Assembly (NCBI GenBank): GCA_041946865.1
Contig: JBHGBF010000001.1
Location: forward strand, 51,338 to 115,337
DNA length: 64,000 nucleotides
Direction: 5' to 3'
Origin: Acidobacteriota bacterium
GTDB taxonomy: Bacteria; Acidobacteriota; UBA6911; RPQK01
The first letter of the stretch is position 1; each line of letters opens with the position of its first letter. The position numbers and the translations under genes are program-made. The notes below the pieces were generated by a model, which made no database searches, had not been told where the DNA came from, and worked only from the letters and a program-made list of their open reading frames with translations. Shown piece after piece: positions 44,864 to 55,600 of this stretch.

Positions 44864-46639
44864 TCAGCTGTCTTTCGAGTCAAGATGGTCGCGGATGGCC
44901 CTGGCCAGGACTTTCGCCGTGAAGGGCTTGGACAGATAGGCGACACCGCGGTGAGCATGACGAACAAGTTCGGGGTTGTACCCGCTCATGAGCATGACTT
45001 TCAGATTCCGGTTTTCGCGACACAACTGCTCAGCCAGCTCCAGGCCGGTCATCCCCTCGGGCATAACCATATCGGTGAGCAGCAGGTCGATGCGTCCTTG
45101 TCGCTGTCGCCACATTCCAAGCGCCATCTGGCCGTTTGCCGCCTCCATGACGTGATAGCCACAACGGTGCAGCGCTCGGGCAATGACAGATCTCACAGAC
45201 GGCTCGTCCTCGACAACCAGGATGGTCTCCCGCCCCCCCGTGCAGGGCTCGTTTGCCTCGTCTGCTTCCAGTTTGGCCGCCTGCGGGTGTTCCGGGAGGA
45301 AGACCCGAAAGGTGCTTCCTTTTCCGACTGTGCTCTCCGCTTCTACCCATCCCCCGTGCTGCCTGAGGATTCCGTACACGGTGGCTAAACCCAGGCCGGT
45401 TCCCCTGCCCGGCTCTTTGGTCGTGAAGAACGGTTCAAAGATGTGCTTGACGGTTGCCTCATCCATCCCGACTCCCGTGTCGGCCACGGAGAGGCAGACA
45501 AAACGGCCGCCGCGACCTTCCGGATTTTGCTTTGAGTAGCTCTCATCCAGAACGACGCTTCTGGTTGCCAGGGTCAGGCGACCGCCATGGGGCATTGCAT
45601 CGCGCGCGTTTACAACCAGGTTCATCACGACCTGCTCGAGCATGCCCGGATCAGCTTCCACCCAAAGCGCCGCTGCTTCGCCCTTGAATTCGAGACCGAT
45701 GTCTTCACCGATCAAACGGCGCAGCATCTTGAGGAGGTTACCGAGCAGCGAGTTCAGATCGAACACCTGCGTCTGCATCACCTGTCGCCGGCTGAACATC
45801 AGCAACTGCCGGGTCAGGCCGGCGGCGCGGTTTGCCTGGGTCTCCAAGTCCCCCAGCACGCTACGCATTTCCGAGTTGATATCAGGCTCGGCCTGCAACA
45901 GGCCCAGATACATTAGAATCGCGGCCAAAATGTTGTTGAAGTCGTGGGCCACCCCACTCGCGAGTTGTCCTACGGCCTCCATTTTCTGAGCTTGGACGAG
46001 CTGGGCCTGAAGCCGCTGCCTCTCATCCTCGGCCTGCCTCAGCTCAGCCATCTGCTGCTCCAGTCGAGCGGCGTAGGCCCGAGTCCGCTCCAGCAGTCGC
46101 GCATTGGATATGCCAACCGCCAGGTGATCACCGGCTGTCTCCAGGAATCGCGCCCTTCGCGCAAAATCGCGCTCGTTCACCGATGCCAGGCCGAGGACCC
46201 CAATCAATTCGTCAGCCAGGATCATCGGAACCGCGACGAACGAGCGGAAGCCGAATTCCTGGCATTGCGTTTCAGCGCATGAGCCATAGGATATGATGTC
46301 GCCTGAATAGACGGGGCGCCGCTCGCGTGCCGCCCGCCCACAGATACAGTCACCAGGCCGAACCCCCGGCATCGCCTGAACCTCAGCACTGGCGACGGTC
46401 TCTGCGCGCCGTGCACAGCCTCTCAAGACAAGAGCCTCGCCGTCTTTGACATAAAGCACGGCCATATCCAACTCCAGTGCGCTTAGCAGTTCGTGTACGG
46501 CCGCATCGCAGGCGTCCGCGAGGGATTGTTGAGCCGTGACTTTTTGCGTCAGGCCATTCAAAACCGACAGTTCTTTGTCACGCCGGCTCAGGTACTCCTC
46601 GACCAACGTGCCGCGAGTGGAGTGACCGGCCATGTTCAT
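44864..46639 (-). CDS. Hybrid sensor histidine kinase (GAF - HisKA - HATPase_c - REC)
   Basis: Start taken at MNMAGHST (46639). GAF region, then coiled-coil, H-box SGVAHDFNNILAAI, ATPase G-boxes (DTGVGM, GTGLGL), C-terminal receiver (ILVVEDEPSVR...LLLTDMVMP...KP). The 90-aa R-rich N-extension of the listed ORF is not credible. Confidence 0.75.
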   Translation of the reverse strand: MNMAGHSTRGTLVEEYLSRRDKELSVLNGLTQKVTAQQSLADACDAAVHELLSALELDMAVLYVKDGEALVLRGCARRAETVASAEVQAMPGVRPGDCICGRAARERRPVYSGDIISYGSCAETQCQEFGFRSFVAVPMILADELIGVLGLASVNERDFARRARFLETAGDHLAVGISNARLLERTRAYAARLEQQMAELRQAEDERQRLQAQLVQAQKMEAVGQLASGVAHDFNNILAAILMYLGLLQAEPDINSEMRSVLGDLETQANRAAGLTRQLLMFSRRQVMQTQVFDLNSLLGNLLKMLRRLIGEDIGLEFKGEAAALWVEADPGMLEQVVMNLVVNARDAMPHGGRLTLATRSVVLDESYSKQNPEGRGGRFVCLSVADTGVGMDEATVKHIFEPFFTTKEPGRGTGLGLATVYGILRQHGGWVEAESTVGKGSTFRVFLPEHPQAAKLEADEANEPCTGGRETILVVEDEPSVRSVIARALHRCGYHVMEAANGQMALGMWRQRQGRIDLLLTDMVMPEGMTGLELAEQLCRENRNLKVMLMSGYNPELVRHAHRGVAYLSKPFTAKVLARAIRDHLDSKDS

Positions 46640-47388
46640 GGTGGGCTGTCCGCCAGTACCTCGCAGCACAAGAACCCGGTTCCCCAACCACTTTCTGCCA
46701 TCCGGCAGTCTAGGCGCCTCTTCTTCGCGACCATCCTCACCGGTGGAATTCACGCAGGGTATCTGCTCCAGACGGCGCCCAGGAATTCCCGCCTGGGACC
46801 GCTCTTCCTGGCGCCTTTCAGCAGGGGCCAATTGGCTTCTTGCCGAAGGGCGGCGCTCCGAACACCTCGCCTTGCCGAGCACCCGCTGAGCGAACTCGGG
46901 ACGAATCATAGGGCTCTACCTCTCGGACCTGACAATCCACAGTGTTCAATCGGCAGATTGGTCTGGAAACTTAAGAGGAAAATCGAATCCTCTTCAAGAA
47001 CAACCGTCGAGGTACAATAGCTATAGGGCAGCGCTTCACGCTCCGGACCAAAGTGCTCACCTGATTGATCCTGAACACTTCTTTCGGCTTACGGCGAATC
47101 GGGAGACCGCGTGTGAGTCAGGGATTGTGAGCTCCTAATGCGTATGCTCTCTCACGACAGGATCTCATTCCTGCCGTATCGTTCTCACGCTTGGCTTGCG
47201 GACAGGGACCTGGTCGAAAGCTACGGTCCGACAGTTAGCTACGGGCGGCGGGAAAGTCACACGCTCACGAAAGGAAGCGGTGAAGAAAGCGAAAGAAGCC
47301 AAAGAGGAGTACAGCAGGTCTCGGATCAAAGGCAAGAGCCGGCGCCCTGCCAAAGCGTGAGACATCTGAAAAGGGGGGATAAAAGCAT

Positions 47389-48735
47389 ATGCCCGAGGTC
47401 GGGGAACAGGCTGTCATAAAGGCGCTCAACAACTCTGCGCTGCCGCTCAGGCACGGAGCTGAAGAGCATGACATCCTGATCGACCGGATGGCTGAAGCTT
47501 CCTTTGTTTTTATTGGGGAAGCCAGCCATGGGACGCACGAGTTCTACCAGCAGCGTGCGGAAATCACGAAGCGCTTGATCAAAGAAAAGGGCTTTCAGGG
47601 AGTTGCCATTGAGGCCGATTGGCCGGACGCGTATCGGGTCCATCGCTACGTCACGAACATGGATGCCATGCCAAGCACGACGGCCTCGCTCAGCCGTTTC
47701 AGACACTTCCCAACGTGGATGTGGCGTAACCGGGTCGTCGAGGCTTTTGTCGAGTGGCTTCGGGCACACAACAACTCGCTCCCGCCCGATCGGCCAAAAG
47801 TCGGGGTCTTCGGCCTGGACCTCTATGGTCTCTACGGGTCGATCAAAAGCGTCCTCGAGTACCTGCAGAAAGTCGATCCTAAGGCGGAGGCCAGGGCGCG
47901 CTTTCGATACTCCTGCTTCGACCATTTCGGCGAGAACACGGAAGCTTACGGTTACGCGGCCAGTTTTGACCTGGAGGAGTCCTGCGAGAAAGAAGTGATC
48001 AAGCAACTCGTCGATCTGCGCAAGAACGCTCTCGACTACCTGCGCCGTGACGGACAGGTTGCCGAAGAGGAGTATTTCCAGATCGTGCAAAACGCGCGCC
48101 TCGTGAAAAACGCCGAGAAATACTATCGGGAAATGTTCACAGGGAGGGTGTCGTCCTGGAACATACGCGATACGCACATGGCGGAGACCCTGGAAGAGCT
48201 GGAAGCACATCTCAGACAGCAGCGGGGCGCTCCGCCAAAACTGGTGATTTGGGCGCACAACTCTCACATCGGCGACGCCTCAGCGACCGAGCTCGGCCAG
48301 CAGGGGGAGATCAATGTCGGTCAGCTGATCCGGCAGAAGTACCCAAACGACTGCTTCCTCCTCGGTTTTACCACCTACGAGGGGGAGGTCACTGCTGCCT
48401 CTGACTGGGGAGGGCCGGCGGAGACCAAACGCGTCCGGCCAGCCCTGCGTGCAAGCTACGAAGAGCTGTTCCACCGAACCGGGATTCCCCGCTTCCTGAT
48501 AACCCTCTGGGATTACGAGGCGGCCACCGGCGAGCTGAAGCAGGCCCGTTTGGAGCGGGGGATCGGAGTCATCTACCGACCGGAGAGCGAGCGAATCAGC
48601 CACTACTTCTACGCGAGGCTCTCGGATCAGTTCGACGCCGTGATCCACCTCGACCGAACCACCGCCGTCCAGCCCCTCGACAAAACTGCTGACACGCTCG
48701 TAACAAGCGTGCAATTGATTGAAAATAAAGGATAG
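47389..48735 (+). CDS. Erythromycin esterase (Ere/ChaN-like) family protein
   Basis: 448 aa. VFIGEASHGTHEFYQQRAEITKRLIKEKGFQGVAIEADWPDA and WAHNSHIGD are characteristic of PF05139 erythromycin-esterase homologs. Confidence 0.75.
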   Translation: MPEVGEQAVIKALNNSALPLRHGAEEHDILIDRMAEASFVFIGEASHGTHEFYQQRAEITKRLIKEKGFQGVAIEADWPDAYRVHRYVTNMDAMPSTTASLSRFRHFPTWMWRNRVVEAFVEWLRAHNNSLPPDRPKVGVFGLDLYGLYGSIKSVLEYLQKVDPKAEARARFRYSCFDHFGENTEAYGYAASFDLEESCEKEVIKQLVDLRKNALDYLRRDGQVAEEEYFQIVQNARLVKNAEKYYREMFTGRVSSWNIRDTHMAETLEELEAHLRQQRGAPPKLVIWAHNSHIGDASATELGQQGEINVGQLIRQKYPNDCFLLGFTTYEGEVTAASDWGGPAETKRVRPALRASYEELFHRTGIPRFLITLWDYEAATGELKQARLERGIGVIYRPESERISHYFYARLSDQFDAVIHLDRTTAVQPLDKTADTLVTSVQLIENKG

Positions 48736-48918
48736 AAAAGCAGGTCTGAGCACCTTTTTAGTTTTGCCTGTTGCCTCGATCAACCTAACGCTCGGCAACG
48801 GGTGGAACGGCGCGCACCAACGGGGTGCGCCATGCGGAAGAATTTGTCCTTTTTTGATGCCCTTCCATCAAAGTCGGTCAGCTGCCGAAACATAGAGCCA
48901 AGCTGCGTAAATAATTAG

Positions 48919-49063
48919 CCATTTTGCGAACAATCGCGGGCCCGCGACCAGCGATCAGCCATTTCCGGGCACATTCGTCAGGATCATACAGAGAACACGG
49001 ATTCGCAAAATGGGTACTGCATTCCGCAAATTGGTGATACTCTGGCTCCAAAGCGGCTATAAT
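48919..49063 (+). promoter_or_regulatory. Promoter/operator upstream of the AraC-family regulator: inverted copy CCATTTTGCGAA (48919), direct repeats TTCGCAAAATGG (49002) and TCCGCAAATTGG (49023), -10 TATAAT (49058)
   Basis: The two direct half-sites start 21 nt apart. The downstream one abuts the -35 position of a TATAAT promoter. The same motif pair recurs at 52365-52427. Confidence 0.45.
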
Positions 49064-49142
49064 CAGGCTTCCGAGAGATGGAGGGCATGCACTACGACGC
49101 GCCGCATCCCGGCACGTCCTTGAGTTGCATCGAGGAGCTCCT

Positions 49143-50276
49143 ATGCGCATCCTGCTTCATATCGAATCCTCGCGTGCTTCGGGGCGGGACTTGCTGAAGG
49201 GAATTGCCGGTTACTCCAGGCTTCACGGCGATGTGACCTTCCATTGGGAACCGAGAGGGCTTCAGCCGACTCCGCTGCATCTCACGTCCTGGAAACCGGA
49301 CGGCATCATCACGCGCGATCCGGACATCGGCGAGATGATGGGTTATGGTGTTCCTCTCATAGTCGTTGGCCACAGGTACACCGCGATACCGGGCGTGGTA
49401 AATATCATCACCGACTCGGCGAGTATCGGCCGAATGGCGGCAGAGCACTTGCTTGCCTGCGGTTTGAAGCGCTTTGCGTTCTGTGGATTTCAGGACAAGC
49501 CGTGGTCGGGAGAACGGCTGGCCAGCTTTTCGGGCACGGTCGCCAAGGCCGGTTATGAGACCAGCTGCTACGAATCGCCGGAACCTACCGAGTCGGCTCT
49601 GCTCGAGACTGGTCTTACTGAACTGGCCCAGTGGCTGTTAACCCTTCCGAAGCCGGTCGGCGTTATGGCCTGTAATGATGACCGTGCGCAACAGGTGAGC
49701 GAGGCCTGCCAGATGGCCGGAATTCGGGTCCCCGAGCAGGTCGCACTCGTCGGGGCGGACAACGATGAATTGATTTGCGAGTTCTCTGCGCCTCCTATAT
49801 CCAGCGTTGCGATCAATTTCGAACGCGCCGGTTATGAGGCGGCCGAAGTGATGAGACAACTTGTGGCGGGCGAGAGAGCGGCGCGGGAAGTCATTTTCGT
49901 CCCCCCAACCCACCTTGTCACTCGGCAGTCGACGGATATCGTAGCGGTCGGCGATGAGGCCGTCGCCAAGGGTCTGCGGTTTATAAGAAGTCGTTACCGG
50001 GACGGTATCCGAGTCGAGGATGTCGCCCGCGCCGCCGGCGTATCCCGGCGGGTTCTCGAAAAGCGCTTTCAAAGCGTCCTGGGCCGCTCGGTCCTGAAGG
50101 AAATTCGCAGAGTACGGGTGGATCATATCAGCCGCCTCCTCGCGGAAAAGGAGATGTCGATCCTGCAGATTGCCCTTACGAGCGGGTTTGACGGTGTGGG
50201 CCATTTCGCGCGCTACTTCCGGGAAGAAAAAGGCATGAGCCCGCTGGCCTATCGCCGCCTCTACACGGCTCGGTGA
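49143..50276 (+). CDS. AraC/XylR-family transcriptional regulator (periplasmic-binding-protein-like sensor domain plus AraC HTH)
   Basis: Start MRILLHIESS after GAGGAG. The N-terminal ~270 aa resembles an LacI/PBP-type sugar-binding fold. C-terminal AraC HTH pair (VEDVARAAGVSRRVLEKRFQSVLG...ILQIALTSGFDGVGHFARYFREEKGMSPLAYRR). Confidence 0.8.
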   Translation: MRILLHIESSRASGRDLLKGIAGYSRLHGDVTFHWEPRGLQPTPLHLTSWKPDGIITRDPDIGEMMGYGVPLIVVGHRYTAIPGVVNIITDSASIGRMAAEHLLACGLKRFAFCGFQDKPWSGERLASFSGTVAKAGYETSCYESPEPTESALLETGLTELAQWLLTLPKPVGVMACNDDRAQQVSEACQMAGIRVPEQVALVGADNDELICEFSAPPISSVAINFERAGYEAAEVMRQLVAGERAAREVIFVPPTHLVTRQSTDIVAVGDEAVAKGLRFIRSRYRDGIRVEDVARAAGVSRRVLEKRFQSVLGRSVLKEIRRVRVDHISRLLAEKEMSILQIALTSGFDGVGHFARYFREEKGMSPLAYRRLYTAR

Positions 50277-50333
50277 TACCTCGGCGGGTTTGACGTGGCT
50301 CACAGACCTGCGAAACGTGCAGCGGAGGACTCC

Positions 50334-52337
50334 ATGAAACAAGCTGCTTTCTGTCTCCTCTTTTCCCTCTTCCTGACTTCGGCTTACGTGGCGGCTCAGG
50401 ATTACGATGTCGTTGTTTACGGAGCGACCGGCGGCGGGGTCGTGGCCTCCGTCGCCGCCGCCCGAGAGGGGAGCACTGTCCTGCTACTCGAGCCGGGCCG
50501 GCATGTGGGCGGGATGGTCACTGGCGGTTTGTCGCACACCGACTACGGAGACAGGACGGTGATCGGCGGACTGGCCATGGAGTTCTACAAGAAAGTCGCC
50601 GATCACTACAAGACACACGTGTTCTACTGGAGAGGACCAGAGCCGCACGTCGGGGAGAAGACCCTGAAGGACTGGCTTCAGGAGTCCAAGGTGGTAGTAC
50701 GGTTCGCAAGCCGCGTGGACCGCGTCGTCAAGCAAGAGCGGACGATCAGGAAAATCATTCTGGTAGATGGGACGGAGGTGTCAGGCAAGGTCTTTGTTGA
50801 CGCGGGATATGAGGGCGACCTGATGGCCCGAGCCGGGGTCAGCTACACCTGCGGTCGAGAAGGGAAAAAAGACTACAACGAGTCGTGGGCCGGGCGGCAA
50901 CCGATCATGCAGACGAGCCACCAGATTGATGCCAGGCTCAATCCCTTCACAAACGATAAAGAAAAAAAGCTGTTGCCGTTGATCAACCCCAGGCCCATGG
51001 TGGAGATCGGCGAAGGTGACAAGGGAATTCAGGCCTACTGCTTTCGGATGATCACCACCAATCGACCCGAAAATATGGTTCCCTGGCCGAAACCCGCTAA
51101 CTACGACCCCTCTGTTTTCGAGCTGGCGAGAAGATATTACCAGGCCCGCCCGGACGCCGGCCCGCTGATTCACTACTGGCCCACTCTTCCAAACGGGAAA
51201 TCGGACATCAATTCCTCAGCAGGCATCTCCACTAATCTCCTGGATGGCTCCAGTTGGGACTATCCGGAAGCGGACTACGCAGAGCGTGATCGAATCTGGC
51301 AGTGGCATAAGGACTACACCCTCGGCCTGGCCTGGTTCCTGGCCCACGACCCGGCGGTTCCTCAGAAGGTCAGGGAGGAAATGAAGACCTTCGGGCTCTG
51401 CAAGGACGAGTATGTAGACAACGATCATTTTCCACATCAACTCTACGTCCGAGTGGCGAGAAGGATGAAAGGCGAGTACTTTCTGACCCAGCATGACCTC
51501 ATCGAACAAACGGAAAAATACGATTCTATCGGCATGGGCTCCTACAACATCGACGTGCGTGAGATGCAGCGTGTCCACATTCCGATCAGCAGATTTCCCG
51601 ACTTGAAGTATGAGGTGTACAACGAAGGGTATCTGTCGATACCGGTCGAACTGTACCAGATACCCTATCGCTCGCTTGTACCGAGGTATTCAGAATGCCA
51701 GAACCTGCTGGTTCCAGTCTGCGTTTCGGGGACACACCTCGCTGTCGCATCCATCCGAATGGAACCGCAGTACATGATCATGGGCCACTCGGCCGGGGTC
51801 GCCGCCGCCGTGGCCGCGAAGACCGGGAGGCCGGTCCAGAAGATCGACACCTATGAGCTCCAGGAGAAGCTGAAAGGCCAGCGGCAGATTCTGTCACTTA
51901 GAGAAAACCCTTACGGGCTGTGGAGCAACGAAAAGGAAATCGTCATCGACAATAACATGAAGGGATTTGTGTCCTTTACCGGCGACTGGTTGGAAGAGGA
52001 GACGGTTCACGCCGGGCGTTACGAGATGAATTTTCGAGTGAAGCGGCCAGGCAGGAGCGGGACCTTCGAATACACTCCCTACTTTTTCAAGTCGGGTAAT
52101 TACAAGGTCTACTCCTGGCATCCCGCTTCAAAAGAGTACGCCGCAGATGTAAGCGTGCAGATCCATCACGCCGGAGGCACGCAAAAGATCAAGCTGAACC
52201 AGCAACAAGGCGGCGGGCGATGGCAGGAAGTGGGCGTATTCAGGTTTGAGCAGGGGCGACGTCTGGCGGTCGAGATCGAGGCGGGAGAGGACCAGCAAGT
52301 CGTCGCCGACGCCTTCAAGTTCCAATTGCTCCAGTAA
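50334..52337 (+). CDS. Secreted FAD-dependent oxidoreductase family protein (FAD_oxidored/PF12831-like)
   Basis: Signal peptide MKQAAFCLLFSLFLTSAYVAAQ. Dinucleotide-binding motif DVVVYGATGGGVVASVAAAREG and GGMVTGGL. 668 aa. Confidence 0.65.
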   Translation: MKQAAFCLLFSLFLTSAYVAAQDYDVVVYGATGGGVVASVAAAREGSTVLLLEPGRHVGGMVTGGLSHTDYGDRTVIGGLAMEFYKKVADHYKTHVFYWRGPEPHVGEKTLKDWLQESKVVVRFASRVDRVVKQERTIRKIILVDGTEVSGKVFVDAGYEGDLMARAGVSYTCGREGKKDYNESWAGRQPIMQTSHQIDARLNPFTNDKEKKLLPLINPRPMVEIGEGDKGIQAYCFRMITTNRPENMVPWPKPANYDPSVFELARRYYQARPDAGPLIHYWPTLPNGKSDINSSAGISTNLLDGSSWDYPEADYAERDRIWQWHKDYTLGLAWFLAHDPAVPQKVREEMKTFGLCKDEYVDNDHFPHQLYVRVARRMKGEYFLTQHDLIEQTEKYDSIGMGSYNIDVREMQRVHIPISRFPDLKYEVYNEGYLSIPVELYQIPYRSLVPRYSECQNLLVPVCVSGTHLAVASIRMEPQYMIMGHSAGVAAAVAAKTGRPVQKIDTYELQEKLKGQRQILSLRENPYGLWSNEKEIVIDNNMKGFVSFTGDWLEEETVHAGRYEMNFRVKRPGRSGTFEYTPYFFKSGNYKVYSWHPASKEYAADVSVQIHHAGGTQKIKLNQQQGGGRWQEVGVFRFEQGRRLAVEIEAGEDQQVVADAFKFQLLQ

Positions 52338-52364
52338 GAAATCGCCCTTCGGCGAAAGAGCGTG

Positions 52365-52427
52365 TTCGCAAAATGGTTACAAATTTACGCAAAATGGTGC
52401 TCTTTTTTCAAGCCTGCCGCCTATAAT
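52365..52427 (+). promoter_or_regulatory. Second copy of the AraC-type operator/promoter: TTCGCAAAATGG (52365), TACGCAAAATGG (52386), TATAAT (52422), upstream of the TonB-dependent receptor gene
   Basis: Same 21-nt-spaced direct repeats and same distance to a TATAAT -10 as at 49002-49063. Confidence 0.45.
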
Positions 52428-52664
52428 CAGCTTATCCAAGCTCTCGACAGGTATGTTGCCTCTAGGCCGAAGCGCAATAGCCGGGACCACTGTCCAAATT
52501 CAAATCGGCGAGGGAGAACCTGTCTCTATGGCGCACTTTCATTCCGCCTTCGGGACGACTGGGAGTCTTGTTCGATGGGGCGATTTTCGCGGTGCAGCCC
52601 GCTTCAGGTTGTCAACGGCCTCCTGGTCTGCCCCATGGTGCACTTACCGCGGAGGAGGATACGT

Positions 52665-55600
52665 ATGAAAAGTCCGTCTTTGAGTCTACTGCTCCTATGC
52701 CTGCTGGGAGCTGGAACTCTTCTTTGCCCGTTACCCCTGCATGCGCAGGGAGTGTTCGGGACGATCAGCGGCACCATTCAAGACTCCAAAGGAGCGGCAA
52801 TTCCGGGTGCAGGCGTGACCGTCACGAACGTGAACACTGGCGTAGTGCGCCAGGTGACGACCAATGAAGTAGGGATCTACACCGCAACCAGTTTGATTCC
52901 CGGCGTGTACAGGGTGGAGGCAGAAATGCCCGGCTTCAAGAAGGCGGTTGTCTCCGATGTCACGCTCGAAGTGAACGCCAACCTGAAGATCAACCTGGTC
53001 ATGGAGTTGGGTGAAGTGACGGAGGTCGTCAACGTCACGTCGGAGGCGCCTCTTCTGACCACCCAGCAATCCAATCTTGGTCAGACCGTGACGCAACGGC
53101 AGATCGAGCAGTTGCCCACGGGACGCGACCTGTTCAACCTGCTTCCGCTCTCAGCAGGGGTATCTCAGCAAGCCGGTTGTGACGGGTGTGGGAACAACGG
53201 CAACATGCGCATCAACGGCGACCGGCCACGTACCCAGGATTACATCCTGGATGGCACCACGATCAACGCGCCGGTGTTCGGGGGCCAGGCGCTCAATCCG
53301 GCGATCGATTCCGTTGCCGAATTCAGAGTCGAGACGAACAGCATGTCCGCCGAATACGGCAAAGCCGGCGGCGGTATCATTATCGCCGTGACTAGGTCGG
53401 GCACGAACGAGTTCCACGGGTCCGGCTACTGGTACCATCGCAACGAAAGCCTCAACGCCCGCAACTTCTTCGAAGATCCGACACAACCCAAGAACCCTTT
53501 TAGCCAGCACGAATTCGGTGGAACAATAGGCGGGCCAATCCTGAGGGACAAGCTGTTCTTCTTTACCGACCTCCAGGTATTACGCCTTGACGGGAGCAGC
53601 CCCAGCGTTGATCACGTCGTGCCGAATTCGGCCTTCCGCAGCGGCGACCTTTCCGCTTTGTGTACGGCCGGTTTCGATGCCGCGGGGATTTGTGCGGACC
53701 CCAGCCAGCAGTTCCGGTTCCCGGGGACGGACCAGTTCGTTCCTTTCAATCGAATCCCCGCCTCGCAGATTAACCCCATTTCGCAGCGGGTCATCGACGT
53801 GTGGCCGTCGTCTACGGTCGCTGGGACTGTGCCCGGAACCAATTTGTTCAGCTTCACGAGGGATAACGATAACAGGACGACCCGGTTTAATCCCCGGGTA
53901 GACTACCACCTGTCGGCGTCGGATCTTTTCTTTGGCGTCTTTCACCGGCAAACCGGCCGCCAGACCTCGCATCCGGGCATTATTCCCGGGCCTGCAGGCG
54001 AACAGATCCACCGGCAGAACGACTATGCACTCACGACGGGGTGGACTCACAGCTTCAGCTCAGTATCCCTGAACGATTTTCGGTTTGGGTATATGCACCG
54101 AATCGGTGACCGCAGCAACCACGGCCAGGGTTCCACTTCGCCGTCGGACTTCGGGCTGCAGGGAATCCCGGATTGTCTGTCCACTATTCCCAACACGGAG
54201 AGTGGCAAGAAGTGCGGCACACCCTCGATCAGCGTTGTCGGATTTCAAGGGCTTGGCGGTGCAGGACTTCTCTATGAGCCGGCAGATACGCTCCAGATCA
54301 ACGACACTTTTTCCCGGCTCTTCGGCCGGCACAACCTGAAGATCGGCGGTGAAGCCCGCCGCTATTCCATCGACAACTACCAGCCGGATGCCGTCGCCAG
54401 CTTCAATTTCACCGGCTCACAAACCGACAATGCCTTTGCCGATTTCCTGTTCGGAACCATTCACAGCGGCTCGGCCGGGCTGCAAAACGCCATGCTTTCG
54501 ACACGGGCCTGGAGTTACTCGCTGTTCATTCAGGATGACTTCAAGCTGACTCCAAGACTAACGCTCAACCTGGGACTGCGGTACCAGTATGATCAGTCGT
54601 TCAGTGAAGTGAACGATGGGCTTGCCTTCTTTAATCCGTTCACGGCGGAGTGGGAACAGTTTGGAGTGAACGCCCCGGACACTCCGTTTGATCCGTCACG
54701 GAAAATGTTCGGGCCGCGTCTCGGGTTTGCGTGGAGTCCGATCAGCGATTTCGTCGTCCGCGCCGGTTACGGCATCACGTATCCGGGTGTGGTCGGTCAC
54801 GGCCGCGGAGGGGACGGCGAGCCCAGTCCCAACCTGAAGGCCACCACGCAGTTTCCGAGGGGAACAAACTGGTCCAGTCTGCCCCCGATCACCAACCCGG
54901 ATCCGTCCGCCATCAGGGCGCCCATAGCCGTGGGAAGCAACGTTTCGTTTTCCGCCTGGGCGCCACGCAAGCAAACGCCGACGTATATCCAGAGCTGGAA
55001 TCTGACGGTCGAGAAGCAACTTACAGGCAGCACCCTGGGGCAGCTGGCGTATGTCGGCACCCGCGGCACGCACTTGCCCATCAATTACGCGTACAACATC
55101 TGCCAGCAGACACGGGAAAGCACGGCGCAATTCGGCTATGACGCTACCACCAGCCCGTTTTGTCCGCTGGCCGCCGAAAAGGTGCTGGCGGCAGGCGGCT
55201 CGCTTTATGATCTGATAGTCACTCCAGGCTATTGGGGCCTCTCCAACTCGATTTATCACGCCATGCAGGCGAAGGTCGAGCGTCGCTTCTCGAGGGGCTT
55301 CTCGCTGCTGGGGACCTTCACCTGGAGCAAGCTGATCGACGATTCGTCCTCGGACTGGGGCGGATTCTGGTCTCTTGACACCCTCGGACAGGACTTCTAC
55401 AACCGGAGGGGGGACCGCTCGGTAAGCGCCGGCGACATTCCGGCTCGCCTCTCGGTGGCCTCCATTGTGGAACTCCCGTTCGGCCCCGGAAAAAAGTGGC
55501 TGAACAAGGGGATTGTTGCTCAGGCACTCGGGGGTTGGCATGTGAGCGCAATCTATTCGCTCAGCAGCGGCACTCCCTTTGGAATCCTGGACAACTGTTA

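Noticed and set aside
46640-46909. 90-aa N-terminal extension of the hybrid histidine kinase ORF (MIRPEFAQRVLGKARCSERRPSARSQ...)
   Set aside because: Low-complexity Arg-rich sequence with no TM or domain features. The GAF domain begins right after the internal MNM start.
52362-52664. 101-codon N-terminal extension of the TonB-dependent receptor ORF
   Set aside because: It overlaps the AraC-type operator and TATAAT promoter. The signal peptide begins at the internal Met (MKSPSLSLLLLCLLGAG).
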